Part shown: piece by piece, positions 32,742 to 41,637 of the stretch
Position numbering within the stretch: the first letter of the stretch is position 1
How the letters are laid out: each line of letters starts with the position of its first letter
Source: Patescibacteria group bacterium
Lineage (GTDB): Bacteria; Patescibacteriota; Gracilibacteria; UBA4473
Direction of reading: 5' to 3'
Length of the DNA stretch: 64,000 nt
Assembly (NCBI GenBank): GCA_965660445.1
Contig: CBFIAK010000002.1
Coordinates: forward strand, 32,001-96,000
Made by a program: the position numbers and the translations under genes
The notes under the pieces: model-generated
The model's database searches: none
Seen by the model: only the letters and a program-made list of their open reading frames with translations
What the model was told of the DNA's origin: nothing

Positions 32742-32817
32742 TGGTGGGTTGGGTGGGGCTCGAACCCACGGCCAATGGCTTAAAAGGCCACTGCTCTACC
32801 GACTGAGCTACCAACCC
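32742..32817 (-). tRNA. tRNA-Lys(TTT)
   Basis: GGGTTGGTAGCTCAG..CTTTTAA loop..GTTCGAG..ACCA; 76 nt, CCA encoded. Confidence 0.97.
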
Positions 32818-32864
32818 GATTTATGAAATGATATCGATATTGAAACGTATATGTGTGGACAAAG

Positions 32865-32941
32865 TGGTGGAGCCTAAGGGATTCGAACCCTTGACCCCCT
32901 GCTTGCAAAGCAGGTGCTCTAGCCAGCTGAGCTAAGGCCCC
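32865..32941 (-). tRNA. tRNA-Ala(TGC)
   Basis: GGGGCCTTAGCTCAG..TTTGCAA loop..GTTCGAATC..CTCCACCA. Confidence 0.97.
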
Positions 32942-32948
32942 GTTTTTC

Positions 32949-33191
32949 TTATCCTGAAAATCCGGGAATAAATTGTCCAATGGTTCCGGCAATGAACCAT
33001 TCTAAACCACCAGTAACATGCATAAACGAAAATATAGAAAGAAGCAACCCAAACAGTTTTATAAATGTATACGTGCCACCCGTGCCGAATACTTTTTCGG
33101 CAAACGGTATTTGACCTGTAAACGTATCGACGACTATATCAGCTTTCAGCAAGATATAAATGCCGGTGGGAATGAGTAACCATGCAATCAT
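32949..33191 (-). CDS. Small hypothetical membrane protein
   Basis: 80 aa, two TMs, FAEKVFGTGGTY; promoter at 33225-33252. Confidence 0.65.
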   Translation of the reverse strand: MIAWLLIPTGIYILLKADIVVDTFTGQIPFAEKVFGTGGTYTFIKLFGLLLSIFSFMHVTGGLEWFIAGTIGQFIPGFSG

Positions 33192-33283
33192 GTATTTTCT
33201 GCTTCAAAGAACGAACGCCGAACCATAATAAAAAAAAAGATTTTTCTGTCAAAAATATTTGAAAAAAACTATTTTCCTTTATA

Positions 33284-34267
33284 ATGACTATTGTGAAAAA
33301 ACGTATTCTTGTTTTCGTTATGGCGGTTGCTTTTATGAATGTTTTTTGGATTCCGATTGCGTTTCCTCAAGCACCAAATCCGAACGTATCGCGTCCAACA
33401 CTTTCAAAACCAACAGAACGAACAACGAACCAACTTCCACTTTTAGGTGAAGATCGGTACGATTCTATTATAAAACGGAACATTGTGAAAGACATTGTTG
33501 ATGTGTCGCAAGGTCAATCAAGTGAGTCGATTATTCGAACGTTGTTTCAACGGCGTGAAGGAGCGAGATCACCTATTGTTATTGCAAATGTGCTTTTCGG
33601 TGTTGCGGCTTTAATTTTTCTTATTTCTATTGGGGCTCGTTTTATTTTTGCAGATGGAAATGAGGAATCATTAAAAACGGCAAAGTTACATTTTGCGTAT
33701 CTTGTTCTTGGTTTAGCTATTATTTCTCTTGCTGAGTTCGTTGCCTTTACTCTTATAGATCCTATCAATGAGAGTTCTCAACCGATGTTAACATCTGGAA
33801 ATACAGCTTCTGCATTAGGTGAAAAGGCAGAGCAAATTATTGATTACGTACAGATTCTCATTACAGGAGTCATGCTCCTGCTTTTGTCTATTTCTGGGTA
33901 TAGTCTTATTGCTTCCGGTGATGAAGGGGAGAAGCGATTAGAAGACGAAAAAAACTTTTTAAAAACCTTCTTTTTTGGGGCAGCATTGATTTTGCTTTCT
34001 GAATCGATTGCACTTATTGCGAGTGATCGACATCCGCAGAATGCTATTTTTAAAGCACAAAACGAAATACTCGGGTTTGTGAATTATGCTTTATCTTTTG
34101 TAGCGGTGACGTGTTTTGTGATGTTGATTCTTGCTTCGTTTTATTTTGTGACCAGTCTTGGAAATGATGATCAGATGCAACGAGCAAAGAAAATAATTCT
34201 GTCGTGTGTACTTGGTATTATTGTCGCCATTTCTAGTTATACTATTGCTAGCTTTATGATTCGATGA
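33284..34267 (+). CDS. Multi-pass membrane protein with repeated VirB2/TrbC-like pilin units
   Basis: Repeated TM-'G..E...AK'-TM units. Confidence 0.6.
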   Translation: MTIVKKRILVFVMAVAFMNVFWIPIAFPQAPNPNVSRPTLSKPTERTTNQLPLLGEDRYDSIIKRNIVKDIVDVSQGQSSESIIRTLFQRREGARSPIVIANVLFGVAALIFLISIGARFIFADGNEESLKTAKLHFAYLVLGLAIISLAEFVAFTLIDPINESSQPMLTSGNTASALGEKAEQIIDYVQILITGVMLLLLSISGYSLIASGDEGEKRLEDEKNFLKTFFFGAALILLSESIALIASDRHPQNAIFKAQNEILGFVNYALSFVAVTCFVMLILASFYFVTSLGNDDQMQRAKKIILSCVLGIIVAISSYTIASFMIR

Positions 34268-35292
34268 AAACATTTCTGATTTCCGGTTTTGTGGCTGTTG
34301 TTTTTTTTCTCTCACTTCCTGTATTTGCTCAGTCACAACGGAGCACTTTAGATATTTTTTCAAATAATCCTTCTACACAAGATTTATATACAAAGTATAG
34401 CCCTTTGCATGACTATACACCTGAGGTTTTGTACGGAGAGAACAAGTTTCGAGGGATTCTTTTTGTGGTTCAAGATTTTGCGTATGGAATTTTTATTCCT
34501 ATTGCTATTTTATTAACCGTTTGGGCTGGAATTCAATTGATTTTTTCTCGCGGGTCGGAAGATACGTTTACAGAAAAAAAGACACAATTTATTGGTGTTT
34601 TTTTAGGATTCGCGGTTTTACTTCTTTCAAGGGTTATTGTCGATGATGTTTTTTTTGGAATTGATTTTGATGATGGATTTTGGGGACTGAGACAGGTCGG
34701 TGACTATTTTGGGTTTACCAATGAAGAAAACCGAATGATTGTTGATGCAGGGCAAATATTTAACGATTCTGATTCTGCTTCTTTTGCAAAAAGCGGGTTT
34801 CGACAACTCGAAGGAATATTTAATTATTTAATTACTTTTGCTGCAGGGGTATCGGTGTTATTTGTTATTTATGCTTCCTATAGAATGATTACAGCAGATA
34901 ATGACGATACACTTTCAAAAGCTCGAAACCAGATTTTATATGTGTTGGGAGGTATGGCACTGCTTATTTCTGCACGTCGAATTATTGGACTTTTTCGTCG
35001 AGAAAGTCAGTCGAAAATTGGATTAGATGGGTTATTTAATGATGGAGGTTTATCGCTGCCAAAAGTTTCTCCAACGACAGATCTTGTTATTCAATGGACT
35101 AATTTTGCACTGAGTTTTATTGGTATTGTGGCTGTTGTAGGACTTGTTTATGGAGGAATTCAGCTGATTACGAGTTTAGGGGAAAGTGATGAAGCGCAAC
35201 AAAATGCAAAAAAGATTGTTATTGCTTCTATTGCTGGTTTAGTGCTTTCTATATCAGCATGGACAATTATTTATTATTTCATCAACATTTAG
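34264..35292 (+). CDS. Multi-pass membrane protein with repeated VirB2/TrbC-like pilin units
   Basis: Three units such as YGGIQLITSLGES..AKKIV. Confidence 0.6.
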   Translation: MKTFLISGFVAVVFFLSLPVFAQSQRSTLDIFSNNPSTQDLYTKYSPLHDYTPEVLYGENKFRGILFVVQDFAYGIFIPIAILLTVWAGIQLIFSRGSEDTFTEKKTQFIGVFLGFAVLLLSRVIVDDVFFGIDFDDGFWGLRQVGDYFGFTNEENRMIVDAGQIFNDSDSASFAKSGFRQLEGIFNYLITFAAGVSVLFVIYASYRMITADNDDTLSKARNQILYVLGGMALLISARRIIGLFRRESQSKIGLDGLFNDGGLSLPKVSPTTDLVIQWTNFALSFIGIVAVVGLVYGGIQLITSLGESDEAQQNAKKIVIASIAGLVLSISAWTIIYYFINI

Positions 35293-35338
35293 TTTTTGCT
35301 TGATTTTTCTCTCTATTCTTTTTATTCTGCAGATGTTT

Positions 35339-36388
35339 ATGCAGAATAGTCCACATATATTTACTCAGTGTCTTGAGTCGTGGTATAAAAAGTATGCGAG
35401 AGACTTGCCTTGGAGGCACACAACCGACCCATATCATATTTGGATATCGGAAATAATGCTTCAACAAACGCAAGTAGATCGAGTAAAAGAAACTTTTTAT
35501 CCTCGTTTTTTGGAAGTTTTTCCTTCACTTTCTGGTTTAGCGAAAGCACAATGGGAGGATCTGTACCCAGTTTGGAAAGGGCTTGGGTATTATACACGTG
35601 GAAAAAATATGCTTCGAACTGCTCGTTTACTTGTTGATCAATATGAAGGAACCTTTCCTCGTGAGAAAGACCGTCTATCAGCTCTTCCAGGGATTGGAAT
35701 CTATACGGCTTCTGCTATTTTAGCGTTTGCTTTTGATCAAAAAGTGCCAGCGATTGATACGAATATTCGAAAGATAATAACAGCTCTTTATCCACAAGAA
35801 CCAGTTGATAAAAAGGCACAAGAATTAGTAGGTTTAAGTAGTTCTGGGCGGTTATGGAATAATGCTATGATGGATTTAGCAACGACTTTGAGACAGGGGA
35901 ATGTTCCGGATGAGTTGCGTGAGTTTTTTCCGCCAACGATTGCTTCTTCTTTTGTCCCTGTAAAGAAACCGTCTCAAAAACGAAAGAAAAATGATCGGTT
36001 TACTCTTGAAATTGGTATTGCGTGTATCTATAAAGATGGAAAATATCTGATTCAAAGTCGTCCGAAAGGAAAGAGTTTTGAAGGAATGTGGGAATTTCCC
36101 GGAGGGAAACGAGAAAAAGGGGAAGATTTGCGTGGATGTGTAAAACGAGAAATACAAGAAGAGTTGGGGATTGAGTTATCGGTTCGACCTGCATTTTTTA
36201 CACAAATGCATGCTTTTGATAAAATTAATCTCAAGCTTTGTTTTCATCGTTGTCAGATTCAAAAAGGAGAACCGAAACCGCTTGAGGGACAAACTTTGCA
36301 ATGGGCAAGTCCAGCAGAGTTTGATTCTATTCAGTTTTTAGATACCAATCATGACGTGCTTCAGAAATTGAAGAAAATGAGAATGTAG
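35339..36388 (+). CDS. mutY: A/G-specific adenine glycosylase fused to a MutT-type Nudix domain
   Basis: RDLPWR..DPYHIWISEIMLQQTQV, WKGLGYY, LPGIGIYTA, DTN; C-terminal WEFPGGK..REIQEELG; start between 35300 and 35339. Confidence 0.88.
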   Translation: MQNSPHIFTQCLESWYKKYARDLPWRHTTDPYHIWISEIMLQQTQVDRVKETFYPRFLEVFPSLSGLAKAQWEDLYPVWKGLGYYTRGKNMLRTARLLVDQYEGTFPREKDRLSALPGIGIYTASAILAFAFDQKVPAIDTNIRKIITALYPQEPVDKKAQELVGLSSSGRLWNNAMMDLATTLRQGNVPDELREFFPPTIASSFVPVKKPSQKRKKNDRFTLEIGIACIYKDGKYLIQSRPKGKSFEGMWEFPGGKREKGEDLRGCVKREIQEELGIELSVRPAFFTQMHAFDKINLKLCFHRCQIQKGEPKPLEGQTLQWASPAEFDSIQFLDTNHDVLQKLKKMRM

Positions 36389-36405
36389 GAATTTAGATTT
36401 TAAAT

Positions 36406-36605
36406 TAGAATCTGGAATCTAGAATCTTGAATCTAGGGGAAGCGCAGGAATCACAAGGCTTTACAATGTCTTGTGATTTTTTTGTGATTCCTGCGCTTCC
36501 TGCGATTCTCCCTAATTCCTAATTCATACTTCATAATTCTGAAGTCTTCGACTTCACTGTGCTTTTGCGATGGGAACAAGATTCCAGATTCCGGATTCAA
36601 GATTC
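36406..36605. repeat. Intergenic heptamer tandem repeats and 19-bp perfect hairpin
   Basis: Four TNGAATC-type heptamers at 36406-36433; IR 36438-36456/36482-36500; four CMTAMTT units at 36511-36538; GATTC heptamers at ~36578-36605. Confidence 0.75.
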
Positions 36606-36653
36606 GAGCGCCTCAGCGCTCCTGTGCTTCATGGTTTGTCTTTCCCACAGTAA

Positions 36654-38360
36654 TTACCCCTTAATCACTCGCAATACTTCTTCCATAGTGGTTGTTCCGT
36701 TTAATACTTTTCGGTATCCATCTTCGAACATTGTTTGCATTCCGTTTTCAATTGATTGTTGTTTTATTTTATCGGCATCGGATCCTTCCATGATAAGTTT
36801 TCGTATTGAGTTGTCCATTTTCAGGATTTCAAATACCCCAACTCGTCCATGGTATCCAGTTCCATGACAGAGTTTACACCCATCACCTTTAAAGAGGGTT
36901 ATTTTATCTTTTTTACTTTTTCGGTCTTTTTCAAATCGTTCGATAGCCTCAAGTGGAAGCGAGATTTTCATTTCTTCAGGTGTTGTTTCATAACTATAAA
37001 TACATTTTGGACATATCTTTCGAACCAACCGTTGTGCCACAACAATAGCAATGGTTGATGAAATTAAGAACGGTTCAACACCCATATCAAGTAACCGTGG
37101 AATAGAAGTTGCCGCATCGTTTGTATGCAGAGTCGAGAGTACCAAGTGCCCCGTCATCGCGGAGTTAACGGCGATATTTGCGGTTTCAGGGTCTCGGATT
37201 TCCCCCACCATTATGATATCCGGATCTTGCCGTACTAACGCTCGGAGTCCTGTGGCAAAGGTAAGATTTCCTTTTGGGTTGGTTTGAATTTGCGTAATTC
37301 CTTCGATATTCCGTTCTACGGGATCTTCAATGGTAGCGATATTTACGTCTCGTACGTTTAACACTTTCAAGAACGAATAAAGCGATGTCGTTTTCCCAGA
37401 TCCCGTTGGTCCGGTTACGAGTATAAGCCCCCAAGGGTTTTTAATAGCTTCATAGGCTTTATCAAGATCTGCTTTGTCGAGATCCATCGATTCTATAGAG
37501 AAACTATTGGATTTATCACTTAAGTACCGCATAACGACGTTTTCACCTCCGATTGTTGGTACCATAGATACCCGGATATCAAACTGTTCGTCTTCAAACG
37601 CATATCGAATTTTACCGTCTTGCGGTGATTGGTGTTCATCGGTTCGCAGTCGTGCCATTACTTTAATACGGGCGATAATACTCCCATGAATTTGTTTTGG
37701 CATTTCTAAGATATCGTTCATGATACCGTCAATACGAAATCGCACAATACTGTAATCTGGTTGTGGTTCAATATGGATATCTGATGCTCCAAATTCGTAT
37801 CCACGATCGAGGAGCATATCTACAATTTCAATGATAAAGTTTCCATCACTTCCGTCGTCTTTCTTTTTGTTTTGTTCGAGTTCTTCTTGTGCTTTTTGAA
37901 AAATTTCCTCGAATTCTTTTTTAATATCAGATTTATAGAGATAGTAATGGTCAGAGAGATCTTTTTCTGATGCATAATGCACGACTATTTTCTTTTTAAA
38001 CTTTTTTTCAAGAGTATGGACAAGTGTTACGTTTTCTGGGTTTGTTGTTGCAACAAGAATCTCATTGTCGTCTTCTGCAAACGCAATAATTTGCTTGCTT
38101 CGCGCCATACTTTCCGGAATTTTCTTCATAACCGCCTGATCAATACCTTCGTTTGCTAATACAATAAACTTCCACCCATTGGCTTCCGCAATAATACGAG
38201 AAAGATGATCAAGCTTGATAAGTTCTCTTTCTACAAGGATATCTTCAAGCATTTTTTGGTCTTTCGCAACCTTGAGAACGTCATCAATATCTTCTTGTGA
38301 TACAAAATCTCCTAATACTAAGAAGTCGACGACTTGCTGATTTATTTTTGATTGTTTCAT
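36654..38360 (-). CDS. GspE/PilB family pilus assembly ATPase
   Basis: ASDIHIEP, PQDG, TGPTGSGKTT, TIEDPVE, RQDPDIIMVGEIRD, STLHTN, CxxC pairs. Confidence 0.93.
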   Translation of the reverse strand: MKQSKINQQVVDFLVLGDFVSQEDIDDVLKVAKDQKMLEDILVERELIKLDHLSRIIAEANGWKFIVLANEGIDQAVMKKIPESMARSKQIIAFAEDDNEILVATTNPENVTLVHTLEKKFKKKIVVHYASEKDLSDHYYLYKSDIKKEFEEIFQKAQEELEQNKKKDDGSDGNFIIEIVDMLLDRGYEFGASDIHIEPQPDYSIVRFRIDGIMNDILEMPKQIHGSIIARIKVMARLRTDEHQSPQDGKIRYAFEDEQFDIRVSMVPTIGGENVVMRYLSDKSNSFSIESMDLDKADLDKAYEAIKNPWGLILVTGPTGSGKTTSLYSFLKVLNVRDVNIATIEDPVERNIEGITQIQTNPKGNLTFATGLRALVRQDPDIIMVGEIRDPETANIAVNSAMTGHLVLSTLHTNDAATSIPRLLDMGVEPFLISSTIAIVVAQRLVRKICPKCIYSYETTPEEMKISLPLEAIERFEKDRKSKKDKITLFKGDGCKLCHGTGYHGRVGVFEILKMDNSIRKLIMEGSDADKIKQQSIENGMQTMFEDGYRKVLNGTTTMEEVLRVIKG

Positions 38361-38514
38361 GTGTGTGTTTTTTGTATGAACAAAATCGCTTCATTATAAC
38401 ACAAACAAAAAATTTTTTCAATTGTTTCTGTTTCGAAAATCATAGTTTTCCTTTGAAAATTATTTGACCAAAAAAAAATTTTCGTTAAAGTTTTGAGGCT
38501 GTTTTTTTGTTTAC

Positions 38515-38592
38515 GGGATCGTAGCTCAGTTGGTTTAGAGCGCCGCCCTGTCACGGCGGAGGTCGCGGGTTCGAGTCCCGTCGGTCCCGCCA
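38515..38592 (+). tRNA. tRNA-Asp(GTC)
   Basis: GGGATCG..CTGTCAC loop..GTTCGAGT..CGGTCCCGCCA. Confidence 0.97.
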
Positions 38593-38811
38593 GATATACT
38601 TTTAAAAAAAAGAATCTGGTGAAAACAGTATATAGGAAAAAACCATATCATGCGATGTGGTTTTTTTTGATACTAAAAAAAGGACGGATTTTTTGACACA
38701 TTTCGCAAATTTTCATAGAGTTTTCACGTATTAAGACGAGAGAGGATCCGGACGGTGTTAGTGCCTAAGGAGCCTTTTTCATGTATAAATCGTTTTTTTT
38801 AAGTCGTTAAA

Positions 38812-39558
38812 ATCTACAAAAGTAGAAATTTAATGGTGAAATTAAACAAATCCGAACCCAAAAAGCCAATTGATTCTATCTACAAAAGTAGAAATTTAAT
38901 GGTGAAATTAAACCAAAAGAAAGAGTTACTATTAGAATCTGATCTACAAAAGTAGAAATTTAATGGTGAAATTAAACCCAACTTGTTTTTGGTGTTTGGT
39001 ACGCCTATCTACAAAAGTAGAAATTTAATGGTGAAATTAAACTTGGAACAGGAGGTTGCAGACTTCGTTATCTACAAAAGTAGAAATTTAATGGTGAAAT
39101 TAAACAATAATATGACAAATAATATAAATAACATATCTACAAAAGTAGAAATTTAATGGTGAAATTAAACCTCCAACACCCTTGCAGGACGAGACTCATC
39201 TACAAAAGTAGAAATTTAATGGTGAAATTAAACTAAAAAGTACAAAATCATTATACCTATATAATCTACAAAAGTAGAAATTTAATGGTGAAATTAAACA
39301 CCGTATCCCCCTCCTTCGCTAATACTGATCTACAAAAGTAGAAATTTAATGGTGAAATTAAACTCATAAGTATAAGCATTTGATTCGCTTGTATCTACAA
39401 AAGTAGAAATTTAATGGTGAAATTAAACGGAGAAGATTTAATATGTATGTCAAACAGATCTACAAAAGTAGAAATTTAATGGTGAAATTAAACGAATATT
39501 ACTATTATGATGAACAACAATTATCTACAAAAGTAGAAATTTAATGGTGAAATTAAAC
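38812..39558 (-). CRISPR. Cas12a-type CRISPR array: 12 identical 36-nt repeats, 11 spacers of 27-30 nt
   Basis: Minus-strand repeat GTTTAATTTCACCATTAAATTTCTACTTTTGTAGAT ends in the AATTTCTAC..GTAGAT handle; repeats start at 38812, 38878, 38942, 39007, 39070, 39135, 39198, 39264, 39328, 39393, 39458, 39523. Confidence 0.99.
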
Positions 39559-39734
39559 CCTTAAAATCTGATAGCAAAGCCAAAAGATACAAACAGTATC
39601 TTTTTGAGTGACCGCGACTTTTGGCTTTGTTATCATGTCTTCGAAAAATAAAGACTTAGGTTTGCTTGTTGTGTTAATTTCCTCACAGAAACTTATACCT
39701 TTGTGTGAATTAATGGAATGGGAAAGATCAAACG
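39559..39734 (-). promoter_or_regulatory. CRISPR leader (structured)
   Basis: Non-coding gap between the cas2 stop and the first repeat in transcription order; contains an 18-bp inverted repeat. Confidence 0.7.
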
Positions 39735-40013
39735 TTACAAAAATAGTATATCATCATCCATATTTTTTGCATAGCCGAACTTCATTATTTTATCAGTTGA
39801 TTTGTTTGATAGCCTGATAATCATAACACTATCGATTCCTGAAAAATGTTTTTTGTATCGTTTTTCTATTTCAGCAGTTATAAGGTTCAAAATTCTATCG
39901 CTATTTTTTATTTCATAGACTGAATATTGTAGGCGATATCCAAATTTTTTTAAAAAACTAGAAAACCGAGTTCTTACTTTGTCGTTAGAGATATCATAAG
40001 TTATGAGAAGCAT
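39735..40013 (-). CDS. cas2: CRISPR-associated Cas2
   Basis: MLLITYDISNDK.R..F..FL.KFG.RLQYSVYE. Confidence 0.96.
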   Translation of the reverse strand: MLLITYDISNDKVRTRFSSFLKKFGYRLQYSVYEIKNSDRILNLITAEIEKRYKKHFSGIDSVMIIRLSNKSTDKIMKFGYAKNMDDDILFL

Positions 40014-40015
40014 TT

Positions 40016-40972
40016 TTATTGTGGTTTATAGCATTGAAATTCTAGAGATTCTTTCATAGAAGCTCTGTAATATTCTTGTATATATTTAAATATTTCAGAT
40101 TTTTCTTTGAGTATAGCTTTGAAGAATATACTCGTATATTTTGTTCCTTTTTCGTATTTCAAAATATATTGTCCTTTTTGTATTTCGAAATCATTTTCAT
40201 CTACCTGTTTTAGATTAAATGCTTTGAGTAATTCTTTATCTATTATACATCGACAGGGTTCTATTATGTCGCATACTAAAGATTTTCTTTTATAAAATTC
40301 TTGATGAAGGTTTCCCACATATGTATCAAATCCATAAAGTCTTAACTGTGCATCAATAAAATGGAATAAAAATGTATATCCCATATCTAATAATAGATTT
40401 GGGATATCATATTTTGTGCGTGGCTTTCTTCCTTTCCACTTTATATTATAAAAATAGGAACTAAAAAATGATTTGGCGCAACTTCCTTCTATTCCCATAA
40501 GTTCATCAATAGCTTTTGTGTTTGTTATTTTTATTCTTCTTGTTTCTAGTACATCAGCTATTTCATCACCGCAAAATATTTTTGATCGAGTATTTCTGAG
40601 TATGTGAATTTGATTTTGTATTTTTGTATCTACTATTTTTTGTGCAATTTCGAATGAGTTCTTATTGCTATATTGTTTTTTCCTTAAAATAGTATTTCCC
40701 TCGGTTTCACTTCCTATGACTGCATATGTTTGAAAGTTTCGTTTTAAAAGAAATATAACAATTCCATAACTGAGAAGCTTTTTAATAATAACACTTGTTA
40801 GTGTGCATTCTCCCCATATAAATATCGCAAATATTTTAATACAAGGGACTTGTTGTTTTCTTATCCCGTCTTTTTTTAATAATAGATTGTCATTTTGAAA
40901 AGATATCTCTTTTGCATCTTGAGAGTTTATAAAAAGTATTTGTTTTGCACTGAAGTCGGGAAGAGATAACAT
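40016..40972 (-). CDS. cas1: Type V CRISPR-associated Cas1
   Basis: MLSLPDF, LMGIEG, WKGRKPR, NLLLDMGYTFLF, H..FY.RKSLVCDIIEP. Confidence 0.95.
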   Translation of the reverse strand: MLSLPDFSAKQILFINSQDAKEISFQNDNLLLKKDGIRKQQVPCIKIFAIFIWGECTLTSVIIKKLLSYGIVIFLLKRNFQTYAVIGSETEGNTILRKKQYSNKNSFEIAQKIVDTKIQNQIHILRNTRSKIFCGDEIADVLETRRIKITNTKAIDELMGIEGSCAKSFFSSYFYNIKWKGRKPRTKYDIPNLLLDMGYTFLFHFIDAQLRLYGFDTYVGNLHQEFYKRKSLVCDIIEPCRCIIDKELLKAFNLKQVDENDFEIQKGQYILKYEKGTKYTSIFFKAILKEKSEIFKYIQEYYRASMKESLEFQCYKPQ

Positions 40973-40978
40973 TTTTTA

Positions 40979-41527
40979 TTATTTATAAGAATCACACAAT
41001 TCGTTGTATATGCATTTTGAGCATTTATTTATATTTGTGTTTATATCTTGAGTAATACTATATGAACGCATTCTCTTTAGAGTGTTTTCAAATTTTGTTT
41101 TTTGGTATAGATCGGGCTTTTCTATTTCAGTTCTTTTATTATCAGTAAGAGAATGAATAAATAGTCTTTCAACACGGTGCCCCATTTCTTGAAGACAAAA
41201 CATCTGAGCCCATAATTGATATTTATATCCATCATAAATTTTAAAAATCTTATTTTTTCTTTCTATTAGGTGATTGTCTTTAGTATTCAGCATGTCTATT
41301 TTTCCACATAATCCGTATTTCTGACTATATACATCAAGGTTTGTGATCCATTTCTTTTCAGATGAATACTTTTTTTGATCAATTGATTCATGGGCTATTT
41401 TTCCATTCCTTTGTGATTCTTGATGATAAATTGCTTCATTATATTTTTGATATAATTTATGAAAATAAATAGACTTTGGGCAGAAAACAAAGTCGTTGAT
41501 ATTTGAAATAGGGATGTATGATTCCAT
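40979..41527 (-). CDS. cas4: Type V CRISPR-associated Cas4
   Basis: NDFVFCPKSIYFH, GKID, ERK, YQLWAQ, C-terminal CxxC..C. Confidence 0.95.
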   Translation of the reverse strand: MESYIPISNINDFVFCPKSIYFHKLYQKYNEAIYHQESQRNGKIAHESIDQKKYSSEKKWITNLDVYSQKYGLCGKIDMLNTKDNHLIERKNKIFKIYDGYKYQLWAQMFCLQEMGHRVERLFIHSLTDNKRTEIEKPDLYQKTKFENTLKRMRSYSITQDINTNINKCSKCIYNELCDSYK

Positions 41528-41537
41528 TTTTTATATT

Positions 41538-41616
41538 AAAGTAAAATATCAAAAATATATGTCAATTTTATTTTGTGATTTAAAAAGATTGAAAATCTTA
41601 ATTTTTTCTTTATATT
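41538..41616. promoter_or_regulatory. Back-to-back promoters for cas4-cas1-cas2 (minus) and the Cas12a2-related gene (plus)
   Basis: Minus: TTGACA(41565-41560)-N16-TACTTT; plus: TTGAAA(41589-41594)-N16-TATATT(41611-41616). Confidence 0.5.
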
Positions 41617-41637
41617 TTAATAAATATCTATTGTGTT

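Noticed and set aside
32317-32992. ORFs 32317-32814 (long form) and 32780-32992
   Set aside because: They translate through tRNA-Lys and tRNA-Ala; the same applies to 38357-38554 and 38493-38696 over tRNA-Asp
38593-38811. att site, degenerate repeat or tracrRNA in the array trailer
   Set aside because: No match to tRNA 3' ends or to the repeat was found; Cas12a-type systems need no tracrRNA
38848-39522. Self-targeting spacers explaining cas12a inactivation
   Set aside because: No match noticed within the window by eye; needs BLASTn against the whole genome
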